IMG/VR virus record: IMGVR_UViG_3300032285_001029
Span: 1-64,000 of that record
Length of the DNA stretch: 64,000 bases
Reading direction: 5' to 3' (one strand)
Source of the DNA: a virus
Every line of letters begins with the position of its first letter. Positions within the stretch are counted from its first letter, which is position 1. The position numbers were made by a program, and so were the translations under genes. This document shows, piece after piece, positions 7,801 to 17,443 of the stretch. Under the pieces are notes generated by a model that was not told where the DNA came from, did no database searches, and saw nothing but the letters and a program-made list of their open reading frames with translations.

Positions 7801-8509
7801 CTACTTTAGCTTTTGCATAGTAAGTAAATGTAGTTGTTGTGGGCACGGTGTTGATAATAAATGTACCTTCTGCACGGCTAAATCCGCTAATAGTATTTAG
7901 ATAACCTTTAATTGTTACCGGAGTGCCGGTAGAAAATCCGTGCGCACTTACTGTAGTAACAGTGATTAAACTAGCGCCACTTCCGCCTGTTCCCGTTGAT
8001 GCATCTGTTGTAACTGAAGTAACTGGTGTATCTGTACCTGGGATTTCGTATACACTAGGATAGTTACGCATCAAGTCAAGCACTTGCCATTTAGTTGGCT
8101 GTAGTCCGTATTCAAAGTCAGCGTCTAGCATACTTTGTGGATTAGCAACACGAGTACGTTCAAACGCATCTGTACCTACATTGGCTAATCTGACTTGTTG
8201 GATAGGATTATCATAAAATATCTGTAGTGTGTCACCGGATAAATGTGTATTAGTACTTACAGCCAGCGTAATTGTAGTATACCCGTCACTGTTACTAGTT
8301 GCGGTAGGAAATGCGGTACTATTAGCCCTTGTAAACGTGCAAGCGGTATTTGCATACGTTGTGTCAGCAAAGTTGTATATGATAATATTTCTAGTTACGT
8401 TAGTGATTAGCAGTAGTTGACTCAAATCAACTTTTCCAGGTACTACAATAGTCCCAGAGCCAGCATTACCTGGTGTGTACACATACGTTCTAATCTGCGA
8501 TTTTGACAT
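4889..8509 (-). CDS. Large virion structural / tail-fibre-associated protein
   Basis: 1206 aa, Thr/Gly/Ser-rich; repeated TVTT..AHG...G..V.I beta modules; LLLITNVT..IIYNF N-terminus; DADFEYGLQPTKW motif. Confidence 0.7.
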   Translation of the reverse strand: MSKSQIRTYVYTPGNAGSGTIVVPGKVDLSQLLLITNVTRNIIIYNFADTTYANTACTFTRANSTAFPTATSNSDGYTTITLAVSTNTHLSGDTLQIFYDNPIQQVRLANVGTDAFERTRVANPQSMLDADFEYGLQPTKWQVLDLMRNYPSVYEIPGTDTPVTSVTTDASTGTGGSGASLITVTTVSAHGFSTGTPVTIKGYLNTISGFSRAEGTFIINTVPTTTTFTYYAKAKVGTSNGDVLSTTYTQLRKGGFYTGSTIGTTTFTYTGAATPVITATFASPHGLIPADTILVNITSDNGVNSHSLAQGPYFVESVPTPTTLTYTARAPGTILVGSAGTLTSGSGFTNSLTITVFSTTGLTVGSQVTVSAGTGSFAANTTVTSVNVNGTQFTVNQFPTVGLSAATINYNPYLVQGTVYTRPDCFYVHRPFDGGVQLGTGGPAHGAQAIRQSKKYIRYQSGKAINYNTGLLMAPNYDLRSLTATGTAIGSTITVATDDVDHGLQAGAVVTITGVTTSGYNDTYTVNSIVDERQFTVLAKSVLADVNAAIGTPCLVSLVNWAGATVRAGTFDDQNGQFWQYDGQTVAVGYRSSTFQVAGTIAINADSNTVTGTNTRFLGQLSEGDRIVIKGMTHLVSSVTSDTQLYVTPDFRGSTNLTGVKCVKVKEFITPQNQWNIDRCDGTNSVYNPSGYGLLPNKMQMVGIQWTWYGAGFIDWMLRGPEGNYITVHRVKAANVNTEAYMRSGNQPVRYEVINEGPKTAITTQAASIDTTLTVADTTFFPSTGTLWADGEIVNYTGKTPTTFTGCTRASTFSQFAAGSTRTYSGGTAATMPVGTGVILINQTATPVVSHWGSAFMTDGGFDTDRGYIFNYQSTNVSVSTRKTTAFAIRLAPSVSNAIVGDLGVRELLNRAQLLLQGLEITAGGTTNSNSALVIEGVLNPQNYPTNVNNITWNTLQSFSYTYFAGGQPSFSQVAAGSSVTWEGAASLNINSGASLVITGASSSSTTITVSNYLTLKVGDYVSVTSGTGTFVALTTVTALNGSGTGFTVSVAPSQALSGATISVGPQSGATTMFLLSDPTVAGVRLGDDVTFTTTTGLSGNSRVTSVSSNSITLNNAIVTSLPYGSPVTFSRNTYALPGETIFSFVSNPSSKDSIDLSPLKELVNTPIGGRGTFPNGPDVLAINVYLTQGSPVLTNMVLRWGEAQA

Positions 8510-8525
8510 TTTATTTCCTATTTCT

Positions 8526-9704
8526 TTATGTTAGGGCAACAGCAACACCAATAGCTAGTGCAGAAATCAAATTTCGTATTCCCACACCATTGACACTTAA
8601 ATTAGTAAATCCTGCGGTAGTAGCAGTTACGGTAGTGGCACCTAAAGTAGTAAAGATACCTGTACTAGGAGTTACACTGCCAATTGCTATGTTATCAATA
8701 GCACCGGATCCATAACTTAACGATCCTGCTACCAATGTTCCTGATACGTATAAATTCTGGCCAATCCATGCACCGCCAGTAACTTGAAGTGCTCCTGTGC
8801 TAGTACCTGATGATACTGTACTACTAGTTATTTTTACATCGCCACCGACATTTAATTTTTTACCTATACCAACACCACCGGCAGTAACAACAGCACCGCT
8901 TCCAGTATTTGTAGAGTCGGTAGTGTTAATAACAGATAGTGTTGTGAATCGTCCACTCAGAGGAGTAGATACTCCAATAGTCATGTTATCTATACTACCT
9001 GTAGTAGTTGGATTAACTGTTACGGTTCCAGTAGGTGATAAACTTACACTGATTGTTGCAGTTAAATTGGTAAACGAGCCTGCGGCTGGTAATATACTAC
9101 CTATTGCAGCCGGGCTGGCTAGATAATTTGAAAATCCTGTTCCTGATACTGTTCCGCTTGCACTTAGGTTAGTTAGCGTAGCAGAACCAGTTAATGATCC
9201 TGTAAATGAACTTGCTATCACAGCGCCAGTTACAGTAAGACTTGTTAGTGTTCCTACGCTAGTTAAACTGGAACTAACAACATTACTTGCTAGACTAGTT
9301 CCTGTTAATCCGGAAGCACTACCGGCATGTGTATCCACATACGTTTTAATTGCATACTGTGTTGGTACAATATGAGAACTATTACTAGCTAATGTAGTAT
9401 CATTATCGAATGCCGTAACTGAAGGCCCTGAACTAAATGCCAGGCTACTAATAGATGTAAGAGAACCGCTTGATAAGTTGCCAGTTACATTTCCAGTTAC
9501 ATTACCTGTTAAATTTCCTGCAAATGTACCTACAACAGTTGCAGCATTTACTGCTGTAGCATTGACTGTAGTAGCATTGACTGTAGTAAAAGTAGGGCTT
9601 GCAATTGGGACCAAATCCCAAGTCGTTCCAGTCCAAACCCATGTGGATCCATCGGCAGTATAGGTATCGTTTGTATCAGGATTTGTTGGAAATATGATTG
9701 CCAT
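8526..9704 (-). CDS. Tail fibre protein
   Basis: FPTNP...W.W.G..W N-terminus, GNVTGN repeats, VPTQYAIKTYVD, GALQVTGG; hydrophobic C-terminus; TAAATA at 9725-9730. Confidence 0.7.
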   Translation of the reverse strand: MAIIFPTNPDTNDTYTADGSTWVWTGTTWDLVPIASPTFTTVNATTVNATAVNAATVVGTFAGNLTGNVTGNVTGNLSSGSLTSISSLAFSSGPSVTAFDNDTTLASNSSHIVPTQYAIKTYVDTHAGSASGLTGTSLASNVVSSSLTSVGTLTSLTVTGAVIASSFTGSLTGSATLTNLSASGTVSGTGFSNYLASPAAIGSILPAAGSFTNLTATISVSLSPTGTVTVNPTTTGSIDNMTIGVSTPLSGRFTTLSVINTTDSTNTGSGAVVTAGGVGIGKKLNVGGDVKITSSTVSSGTSTGALQVTGGAWIGQNLYVSGTLVAGSLSYGSGAIDNIAIGSVTPSTGIFTTLGATTVTATTAGFTNLSVNGVGIRNLISALAIGVAVALT

Positions 9705-9740
9705 TGTATTCTCTTATAACTTAATATTTATTGATATTTA

Positions 9741-11780
9741 TTACCAGGTGATAGACCCTGACCCACTTGTAAATTTGTAGACTCTATACCCAGGTCTAGT
9801 AACACCGTTATCGTAAGTATAACTAACACCTGAAATAGATCTTAATGCTGGATATGCAGTTAGATATGCAATAATTACGACACCATTGCCTCCCTTCCCA
9901 CCATTACTTGTTGATCCGCTACCAGATGGTCCACTATATCCGCCACCACCTCCACTACCAGTTCCATCTGTAGCCGCACCACCTGTAGTGTTGCCGTTTC
10001 CAGTGCCAGCACCATATGGACTATAACTATCGGCAGTAGGATAAGAACCACCTGCGGCAGTATTTCCTTGACCATCGCCACCACCGCCACCACCACCTGC
10101 ATAAGCAGTGGTTACACCTGTAATAGTTGAAGTAATGCCGATTCCGCCTTTACCTGGCTGACTTTGACTTGGTATACTTTCACCTATAGATCCAGCACCA
10201 CCGCCACCACCACCTGATGCTCTTCCGCCTCCTGCGCCACCGCCACCAGAACCGCCGTTATAACCTTGTCTTGGTGGCCCTGCAGTACCAGAGCCGCCGC
10301 CTGTAAAGTTTGGACCTGCGCCACCACCTCCAGAACCTCCAGGTTGTCCACTTGGTCCTGAATCGGCCTGCCCTCCACGACCGCCGCCAATAGCAGTAAA
10401 TGATCCCAATGTGCTATTATTCCCACTTGTATTACTGCCACCGCCAGTACCAATACTAACAGACAACGAACCTCCGTATGCTAATGCATATGGCCCAGAT
10501 ACACTGCTTGAAAGTACACCTCCGGCACCACCACCGCCACCGATAAAGCTCGAGCCTCCACCTCCACCACCTACAACAAGATATTCTAAGTAAACTTGTG
10601 TGTCAGCCGCTAACGTACCAGTTCCAGCAGCACTTGATCCACCTGCATTATCGGTCGTAACATAGATTGTATATGCTGTTAATGGATCTAGATTAGAAAT
10701 AGTTGCTGGCAGTGATGCAGGGTATGATACATTAGTTGTTACAGTTGTAGGAGAAGTCGTTATAGTATATCCTGTTGCAGTCGGACCTAAATTGAGTCCA
10801 TCGGTCCAACTAACAAATGCTGTCGTTCCTGCAGTCAATCCGGATGTATTTCTAATTACACTAATGCCAGTCGGAGGGTTAGGTACAGTAATTGGATTGA
10901 CTGTATTACTAGTGCCTGGCGATCCAGGTCCGCCAGCATTTACAGCTTTTACTGTAAAATAGTAACTGTTTGAAGGTGTAAGGCCATTTATTGTTACGGG
11001 TAGCGATAATCCTGATACAGATACCGATTGAGATATCAATGCTGGCACACTAGTAATAGTATACGAAGTTATTGGAGATACTGGTGTTGGTGGAGTCCAT
11101 GTGAGTGTAGCAGATGCGCCGGTTATTCTTACAGCAGACACACTAGTTGGTGCATTCGGAACTACTGTTAATCCCATAGAATTGCTGACACCTGCAGAAC
11201 TCGTTCCTATGCCATTAGTAGCTGTGATAGAAAATGTGTATGCAGTCGATGTTGACAGCCCTATAAGCGCAATTGGTTGCGATAGTAAACTTGCATAAGT
11301 GAAATAATTTATACCTGCAGGTGAACTAGTAACAGCATAGGAGGTAATTGTTGCTCCTCCGTTAAATGGCAAATCGAATGTTATAATACATGATGTTCCG
11401 TCACCAGTTCTTCCTGCAACTACGTTAGTTGGCGCACTTGGTACTGTTACAACACCTACAGTATTACTAGTTGCATACACTCCTGTACCGGCTACATTAG
11501 TAGCGGTGACTTGAAATGTGTAAGGTACTGTTGCTAATATTCCAACAATGGATATTGGCGATGTTGTGCCACTGTTAGTATATCCTCCAGGAACAGATGT
11601 AACTGTGTATGATGTAATAGGTAAATTACCGTTATCTACCGGAGGAGAAAATGATACATCAGCAGTAATACCTGTTGCACCTGTTCTGGCCGCTGATACA
11701 CTAGTAGGCGCACCTGGAACGGACGGAATAACGCTGTTAATTGATAATGTTCTTCCAGATAGTGTAGATAATACAGGCAT
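9741..11780 (-). CDS. Fibronectin type III repeat + glycine-rich domain virion protein
   Basis: Four VP.APT.V...ITSY.VTS.P...Y.F.V.A.N..G FN3 units, then EYLVVGGGGGG...GGNGVVIIAY glycine-rich domain. Confidence 0.85.
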   Translation of the reverse strand: MPVLSTLSGRTLSINSVIPSVPGAPTSVSAARTGATGITADVSFSPPVDNGNLPITSYTVTSVPGGYTNSGTTSPISIVGILATVPYTFQVTATNVAGTGVYATSNTVGVVTVPSAPTNVVAGRTGDGTSCIITFDLPFNGGATITSYAVTSSPAGINYFTYASLLSQPIALIGLSTSTAYTFSITATNGIGTSSAGVSNSMGLTVVPNAPTSVSAVRITGASATLTWTPPTPVSPITSYTITSVPALISQSVSVSGLSLPVTINGLTPSNSYYFTVKAVNAGGPGSPGTSNTVNPITVPNPPTGISVIRNTSGLTAGTTAFVSWTDGLNLGPTATGYTITTSPTTVTTNVSYPASLPATISNLDPLTAYTIYVTTDNAGGSSAAGTGTLAADTQVYLEYLVVGGGGGGSSFIGGGGGAGGVLSSSVSGPYALAYGGSLSVSIGTGGGSNTSGNNSTLGSFTAIGGGRGGQADSGPSGQPGGSGGGGAGPNFTGGGSGTAGPPRQGYNGGSGGGGAGGGRASGGGGGGAGSIGESIPSQSQPGKGGIGITSTITGVTTAYAGGGGGGGDGQGNTAAGGSYPTADSYSPYGAGTGNGNTTGGAATDGTGSGGGGGYSGPSGSGSTSNGGKGGNGVVIIAYLTAYPALRSISGVSYTYDNGVTRPGYRVYKFTSGSGSITW

Positions 11781-11782
11781 GA

Positions 11783-13657
11783 TTAACTGTAATTTACTCG
11801 TTGTGCAATGATTGTGAAGGTTTTATCTGCAGTTTTTAATATAGTGAGGGAGTACACATCTATAGAGCTAGCGTTCCCAGTTGACAGTATAGTTACACCT
11901 TTAGGATATTTATAGCTGATACTGTAACCATTTGAACCATTAGTATATCCGTCGATTGTTATACCTGATAAAGATCCCGGCGTTGCACTTGTAGTAATCA
12001 TTGCTGTAATAGATACAGTTCTTCCTATGGCCATAACAGTGTTTAACTCATTGCCGGCTCCGGATGAACCTCTTATATTAATAGTGAAATTGTTTGATGT
12101 GGAAATTGTATACCAAACAATTGCCTGTGTGTTTACATCAAAATTAGTAACACCACTAACAACAGTGGTATTATCAATAGTTGCTTTTTCAAATATTTGT
12201 TGTAATGTAGTAGCACCCGATATAGTTGCAGTAGTTGTATTAACATTACCGGTTATTGATAATGTCGATCCTGACCAAGTTAAGTTAGCACCAGTATCTG
12301 ATAATGTTTGTCCTGCAGCGGCATAGTATGCTAGTCTATTTACAACACCGGTATTAATTGCATAAGCTGCACCGGCTGTTCCTGTAATAGTTACTGTCTT
12401 GTTTACAGAATCAGTAGTGATTGAAATATTAGTACCGGCAACAAATGCCAATGAATCATTAGTCGAAGTTGCTGTAACATTGTTTTGTCCAGCAACAGTT
12501 ACGTTAGTAAATGTGTTAGAAAGATCACTATAGTTTGCAATTGGAATCCAATTAGTTCCGTTAGCAACATACAATCGACCGGCAGTTCCTGCGTAACCTA
12601 TTGCACCAGAATATGTTACAGCACTTACTGTACTTTGTAATGCACTTATGCTAGGCCAATAGAAACGTATGCGGCTACTTGCTCCGCTGGCAATTACTGT
12701 GCCGGTTACATTCAGATTACCTGTTGTATCATCAAATGTTAAATTAGTAGTTGGATCAACTTGATTAGTTGCAGAACTGTATTTGGCTAATGCGTAGGCT
12801 GTACCGGTACTAACTGTACCGCTACCTACAGGAAAACTGATATTAGCAGTGCCATCGAATGATACACCGTTTATTGTTCTTGCTGTGTAAAGTTTAGTTG
12901 TGGTAGACGAGTTACCTAAAAAACTAGTAGCAGTAATGGAACCACCTACGGTTAGATTGTTGCCGTCAAAACTTAAATTTGCACCGGTACCTTGAACTAC
13001 TGCCCCGTTAGCAGCATACCACGCTAAGTTTCCAGTTGTAGAAGATATTACGGTTCCTGATCCTGCACTAGTCGTAACAAACTCCCAATATATGCCGTTC
13101 CACTTCCAGCTTTTTGTTCCATAAGTATGGATATAATTTAAACTAGGATTTGTTGGAAAACCAATAGGAGGTGTCAGGCCTGCCGATCCACCTAAACCTG
13201 GTTGAATCCATGCTGTACCATTGTAAACTAAAAATTCACCAGTTGTATTATCAAACCATGCATTACCAATAATTGCTGTAGGACTGGTTAGTGCAACGTT
13301 TATATTAGACGTAGTTGGTGTGCCGCTTCCACCACTGCCGCCGCCGAATGCAGGAAACTGCGGTTGTACCCATGCTCCGCCATTATAAACATATAATTTT
13401 TCGGAAGTAGTATCTAACCAGATTGTGCCTTCTTGATGGTTAGTCGGGGGCGTGTCACTGATAGCAGCACCGATAGTTTTAGAAATATTCGCTAAATCGG
13501 CTCTAGCTATCTCATATCCACCAAAAGTTTGCCCATCGTATACTCGGAGCGATTTTTTATCTGTATCGTAAAAAACTTCGCCGATAAGATAAGTTTGGGC
13601 ATCTAGTGTAGTGCTGTGAAATTGCTGTAATTTTATACTTCGTTGCGTTACAGTCAT
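11783..13657 (-). CDS. Tail fibre protein
   Basis: GEVFYDTD...VYDG, G.IW.DT...YNG..W repeats, ARTINGVSFDGTANI, C-terminal DVYS..I.KT receptor-type domain. Confidence 0.7.
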   Translation of the reverse strand: MTVTQRSIKLQQFHSTTLDAQTYLIGEVFYDTDKKSLRVYDGQTFGGYEIARADLANISKTIGAAISDTPPTNHQEGTIWLDTTSEKLYVYNGGAWVQPQFPAFGGGSGGSGTPTTSNINVALTSPTAIIGNAWFDNTTGEFLVYNGTAWIQPGLGGSAGLTPPIGFPTNPSLNYIHTYGTKSWKWNGIYWEFVTTSAGSGTVISSTTGNLAWYAANGAVVQGTGANLSFDGNNLTVGGSITATSFLGNSSTTTKLYTARTINGVSFDGTANISFPVGSGTVSTGTAYALAKYSSATNQVDPTTNLTFDDTTGNLNVTGTVIASGASSRIRFYWPSISALQSTVSAVTYSGAIGYAGTAGRLYVANGTNWIPIANYSDLSNTFTNVTVAGQNNVTATSTNDSLAFVAGTNISITTDSVNKTVTITGTAGAAYAINTGVVNRLAYYAAAGQTLSDTGANLTWSGSTLSITGNVNTTTATISGATTLQQIFEKATIDNTTVVSGVTNFDVNTQAIVWYTISTSNNFTINIRGSSGAGNELNTVMAIGRTVSITAMITTSATPGSLSGITIDGYTNGSNGYSISYKYPKGVTILSTGNASSIDVYSLTILKTADKTFTIIAQRVNYS

Positions 13658-13660
13658 ACA

Positions 13661-13700
13661 AAGGTCCTATTTTCATAGTATTTACCAGAAATAGGACCTT
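13661..13700 (-). promoter_or_regulatory. Late promoter inside a 12-bp inverted repeat that covers the RBS
   Basis: Minus strand AAGGTCCTATTT-ctggTAAATActatga-AAATAGGACCTT-tgt-ATG. Confidence 0.75.
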
Positions 13701-13703
13701 AAG

Positions 13704-15119
13704 TTATAGAGTATCGTTAGGAAGATTATTTAACAATTCACGCAGTTTTGAACTCTCTACATGTGCTTTTACTTTTGGAACAGGAGCACCATCTGCCGGA
13801 TCATCCTGTACTATGCTGCGCTGTTTAATGCTGTTTAATAACGTGCTGCCAGCACTCTGAGTGCCAGGATTTCCGTAGCCATCTTCGCCTTCTAAATCGG
13901 TAATCCTAAGTGTATCGACATTAAAATCTAAGTCAATTTTTTGTCCAACACCGCTACTGCTACGTGTTTTCATAAGCTGTATTTGGTATCTGCCACGTTC
14001 ACGCATTGCACGACTAGTAAAGATACCAAATACGTTATCAGCAGTTTGAATTTTACTCAATCCGCCTGAAATATGACTGTGATCAAACTCTACTTCTTCA
14101 ACTGCTCCACGATTTAACTGTGCTGCAGTTACAAATACACATTGCTTTTCTACTGCCAGATTACGCAGTTCTTCTGACACATATTTGTCTTTAACAAACA
14201 GATTTTCTGCACTGATTTTTTTAGATAAGGGCATCAATAAATCCATATAATCGACTAGTAATACATCAATTTTATGACCCATCTTAATTTCGTATTCTTT
14301 TAGATATGCTCTTATATCATTTGCATTCTTACCACTAGGCATGTACTTAACTTGAAAGTGTCCTGACTTTTTACCTATCATTTTAACTTTCATCTCAACA
14401 TCGTCAATGCTCTTAAAAATTTCTCTTGTTGGAATTCCTGTAGTCATTGCATCTACACGCATACATACCAGATCCTCTGACAGTTCTAGTGTAAGATACA
14501 ATACATTTAATCCAGCAAGAGCATAATTAACACCAAGATTAGCTAAGAATAAAGATTTACCTGCACCGGAGCCACCTGCCCATATATTAAGTTCACCGCG
14601 ATTAAATCCACCGTATAGCTTATCATCAATCGCTTTCCATCCTGTCGAGATTTGTCCATTTTTATCTTTAATACGTGCTAAACGTGATCTTGGATCGGCA
14701 AAATAATCAGTGCCCATGTCTTTCTGTAAACCAATCTGCACTGCCGCTTTAATCTTATCTTCAACGGGACCGTACTCTCCTTTTTCAAGCATGTCAGCGG
14801 ATTCTAAAATTGCTCTTTCTAATCCTTTGTGCCTAATAAATGTTTCAAAATCGCTCAGTAACCAATCAAAATGTTCTTCATGTAGATTATTTGGAACTTT
14901 AAAACTACTGTTTGTTGCAGCATTAATGATTTCCTCTGTAGGAACAACATTATGTTCATTAACATACCCTGAAATAAATTCTGCTGCTACCTGCAGTTTA
15001 CGATCAAACAATGTATAATCAAAAATGCTCTGACATCGACTAAATGTTGCCGCGTCCGCCAACATCATTTCTAAATATAACTTTTGTATATCGTAACCGT
15101 AGTCTGTGTTTTGTTTCAT
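13704..15119 (-). CDS. dnaB: Replicative DNA helicase (DnaB / T4 gp41-like)
   Basis: ISTGW..ID, Walker A GGSGAGKS, LEL, VDYMDL, AQLNR, KTR. Confidence 0.95.
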   Translation of the reverse strand: MKQNTDYGYDIQKLYLEMMLADAATFSRCQSIFDYTLFDRKLQVAAEFISGYVNEHNVVPTEEIINAATNSSFKVPNNLHEEHFDWLLSDFETFIRHKGLERAILESADMLEKGEYGPVEDKIKAAVQIGLQKDMGTDYFADPRSRLARIKDKNGQISTGWKAIDDKLYGGFNRGELNIWAGGSGAGKSLFLANLGVNYALAGLNVLYLTLELSEDLVCMRVDAMTTGIPTREIFKSIDDVEMKVKMIGKKSGHFQVKYMPSGKNANDIRAYLKEYEIKMGHKIDVLLVDYMDLLMPLSKKISAENLFVKDKYVSEELRNLAVEKQCVFVTAAQLNRGAVEEVEFDHSHISGGLSKIQTADNVFGIFTSRAMRERGRYQIQLMKTRSSSGVGQKIDLDFNVDTLRITDLEGEDGYGNPGTQSAGSTLLNSIKQRSIVQDDPADGAPVPKVKAHVESSKLRELLNNLPNDTL

Positions 15120-15328
15120 TTAATTTTCTCAAGTAATTCTTGTCTATATTCATCATTCCATTGCTGTTGTGTACTTACGGAAAGACACAACTCTATGGCT
15201 GTTTTAACTTCTTCGTTTGACAATGTTAAATCTTCAATAACTGCAAACAAGTGTTCAAACACATTTCTAGGTAATCCCGGTCCATCTGGTCCGCCGTGTT
15301 TAGGAATTTTTATTTCACGTTGAACCAT
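15116..15328 (-). CDS. Hypothetical protein
   Basis: 70-aa ORF overlapping both primase and helicase genes. Confidence 0.5.
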   Translation of the reverse strand: MVQREIKIPKHGGPDGPGLPRNVFEHLFAVIEDLTLSNEEVKTAIELCLSVSTQQQWNDEYRQELLEKIK

Positions 15329-16314
15329 TTTTTAGCTCTTAATTGTATTTTGAGATTGCTGTGCTCTTTAGCATTAATAATTAGCCATAGTGTTGCAAGT
15401 TTGCCTAATTTAATTACAGCATCATTAACATCTTTAACACTATCTGGCCATTCGGGCATACTAACACTCCAACCGAACTCTAATGCCTGCTCTACTGTTT
15501 TGTGTCCTTCATGATCTCGATCCGGTACTAGGATAATTTCTCGATTTAATCGCTTCAAAAGCCAATTTTGTTGATCCTTGATTTCAGCACCTAGTAGTGC
15601 GCATCCATCAATACTAATAGCATCCATCGGACCTTCGCATACAATTACGAACGCACGATCATGCGGATTTTGTTGATCTAGATTGAAAACATACCCAGGT
15701 TGTTGCTCCGACAAATATTTAGGTTTGGCATCATTAATTGCCCGAGCGGTCCAGCCAACAATCTTTCCTTCATATAAAAACGGTATTATTAATCGATTTT
15801 GAAATCCAATCTTATCTGAATAATAAAATGGATAGGACAACGGATTAATGCCTCTATTGTTAACGTAGTTAACTACGTCTATCAGTCCTTTAGGCGTAAC
15901 GTTCAATATGTTATCATCTGCAAGAGTCAACCAGGTATGCCAAGCTGCAAACTCTTTGGCATCCATAGGAAGAGCTCTTTCATGGAATATTGGTATTAGA
16001 TCTTTTACAAGATTATTTTCTGTTTCATTAAGTTTAAGAGCTTCTAATGCTAATTTATTAATTAAATTGTCGTCCATGTTTAATAACTTCATGAACTTGC
16101 GCATTTTATGACTTAGTGTACGTCCAGGTTGCCAGCTGCATTTAAATTGACAATTGAAGCAGTGATAGCTTACAGCATCGCCTGCATTAAAGATTATACC
16201 GCCTCGACTTCGTCTATCATCGCAACAAGGAGCATTAAATCCAATCCAACCGCTAGGAGTTGATTTCCTTTTATGTGGAAGATATGCTCGGATAGATTCT
16301 GTGATTAGGCTCAT
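15310..16314 (-). CDS. dnaG: DNA primase (T4 gp61-like)
   Basis: N-terminal Zn finger (PCC...HCFNC), RLIIPF, KYL, Toprim EGPMDA, DRD, KDVND. Confidence 0.92.
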   Translation of the reverse strand: MSLITESIRAYLPHKRKSTPSGWIGFNAPCCDDRRSRGGIIFNAGDAVSYHCFNCQFKCSWQPGRTLSHKMRKFMKLLNMDDNLINKLALEALKLNETENNLVKDLIPIFHERALPMDAKEFAAWHTWLTLADDNILNVTPKGLIDVVNYVNNRGINPLSYPFYYSDKIGFQNRLIIPFLYEGKIVGWTARAINDAKPKYLSEQQPGYVFNLDQQNPHDRAFVIVCEGPMDAISIDGCALLGAEIKDQQNWLLKRLNREIILVPDRDHEGHKTVEQALEFGWSVSMPEWPDSVKDVNDAVIKLGKLATLWLIINAKEHSNLKIQLRAKKWFNVK

Positions 16315-16321
16315 AGCCTAA

Positions 16322-16350
16322 AGTATATTATATAACTGTTATGCTGTCAA
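16322..16350 (-). promoter_or_regulatory. Sigma70 promoter, probably leaderless primase mRNA
   Basis: TTGACA-17 nt-TATACT-7 nt-ATG. Confidence 0.8.
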
Positions 16351-17416
16351 CTGTACCGGAATAGTTTGAGCCTGACACTTTAAAGGTATCTGTGCCAAGA
16401 ACTGATGTACCAATCCAAGTGACTCTAGAGATTGAACTAACAGTATAACTGCTAATAGCACCTGCTTGATCAATGCCACTAACTTCTATGATTAGATCAT
16501 TAGTAACATCTACTCCACCAAGTTGACTACCTGGAACTTTAATTAATGACCCTCTACTGTAATTAGTTCCGCCTTGATCAACAGTTACAGAATATGATCC
16601 GTTAAGATTTTGAGAAACATTGAAACTAGCACCAACTCCTGCGATAGAATTAGTTTGATAACTGACTCTGAACCAACTATAGTCTCCGATAGTAACATTT
16701 TGCGCAAATGGAATAGTTCCGTAGAATAAACCGTCTTCTAAACTACGATTCCACGACCCAAATGGTTTACCTGCCGATCTCCATGCTTCAGTGTTAATAG
16801 TGTCGCTAGTTGTCGCTTCTAACCAAATAGATCCTGTAAATCCTGTTGCCTGTATCACAAAACTCATTGAAGTGGTTTTTATTGCTTCGTAGAATTTTGA
16901 AGGTATTGCACTGCTATGAAAAATTGGAACACCTTTTATATCTATTTCGGATGTAAAATCTCGATAAACTTTTTCAGGCCTAGTAATAGGCAATGCTCTG
17001 TTTAATAGTTCCATAGTACCAACAGCATTGAATGAACTGTCAACATAAAACAGCACGTCATTGCCCGCAGCATCAGAGCCAGTTAGTGTGTATTTTAATG
17101 TTTGTAGATCCAAATCTATGATATCGTATAAGGGTATCGTTACTGTTGCAATACCTTTGATATCGGTAGTTGTTAACGAATACGACAACACGCTGTTGTA
17201 CTCAGCATCCATAACATTTAGTTTAATATCTTGGTACGTTGTCAGGTCGAGTCTTTTTTGATCCGTATTCATGATCTCAAATTGTACGGTATTATCAATA
17301 CCGCTATAAATTTTCATTGTTCTAGCGTACACTTTTTTAAACTCCGTTATGAAAGCTGCCGTATCTGCAATAGCAATTGATCTGTTTGGATATAAATAAC
17401 TTTGAATTTTTTGCAT
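16328..17416 (-). CDS. Putative virion structural protein
   Basis: Start adjusted to MQKIQSY; KIYSGIDN.VQF...N.DQK Ig-like N-terminus; GG.NY..G..I...G..LGG...NDL.I.V module also present in the giant fibre; late promoter 17439-17445. Confidence 0.55.
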   Translation of the reverse strand: MQKIQSYLYPNRSIAIADTAAFITEFKKVYARTMKIYSGIDNTVQFEIMNTDQKRLDLTTYQDIKLNVMDAEYNSVLSYSLTTTDIKGIATVTIPLYDIIDLDLQTLKYTLTGSDAAGNDVLFYVDSSFNAVGTMELLNRALPITRPEKVYRDFTSEIDIKGVPIFHSSAIPSKFYEAIKTTSMSFVIQATGFTGSIWLEATTSDTINTEAWRSAGKPFGSWNRSLEDGLFYGTIPFAQNVTIGDYSWFRVSYQTNSIAGVGASFNVSQNLNGSYSVTVDQGGTNYSRGSLIKVPGSQLGGVDVTNDLIIEVSGIDQAGAISSYTVSSISRVTWIGTSVLGTDTFKVSGSNYSGTVDSITVI

Positions 17417-17443
17417 ATCGAGCAAACCTTTATATACATATTT

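Noticed and set aside
9880-10580. CCA/CCG-rich repeats as a tandem repeat or CRISPR array
   Set aside because: They encode poly-Gly of the glycine-rich domain; no repeat-spacer periodicity anywhere in the window
5163-12326. Plus-strand Val/Pro/Leu-rich ORFs (e.g. 5163-5450, 8797-9126, 12027-12326; likewise 37093-38358, 56621-57922)
   Set aside because: Antisense shadows of Thr/Gly/Ser-rich structural genes; no promoters or RBS
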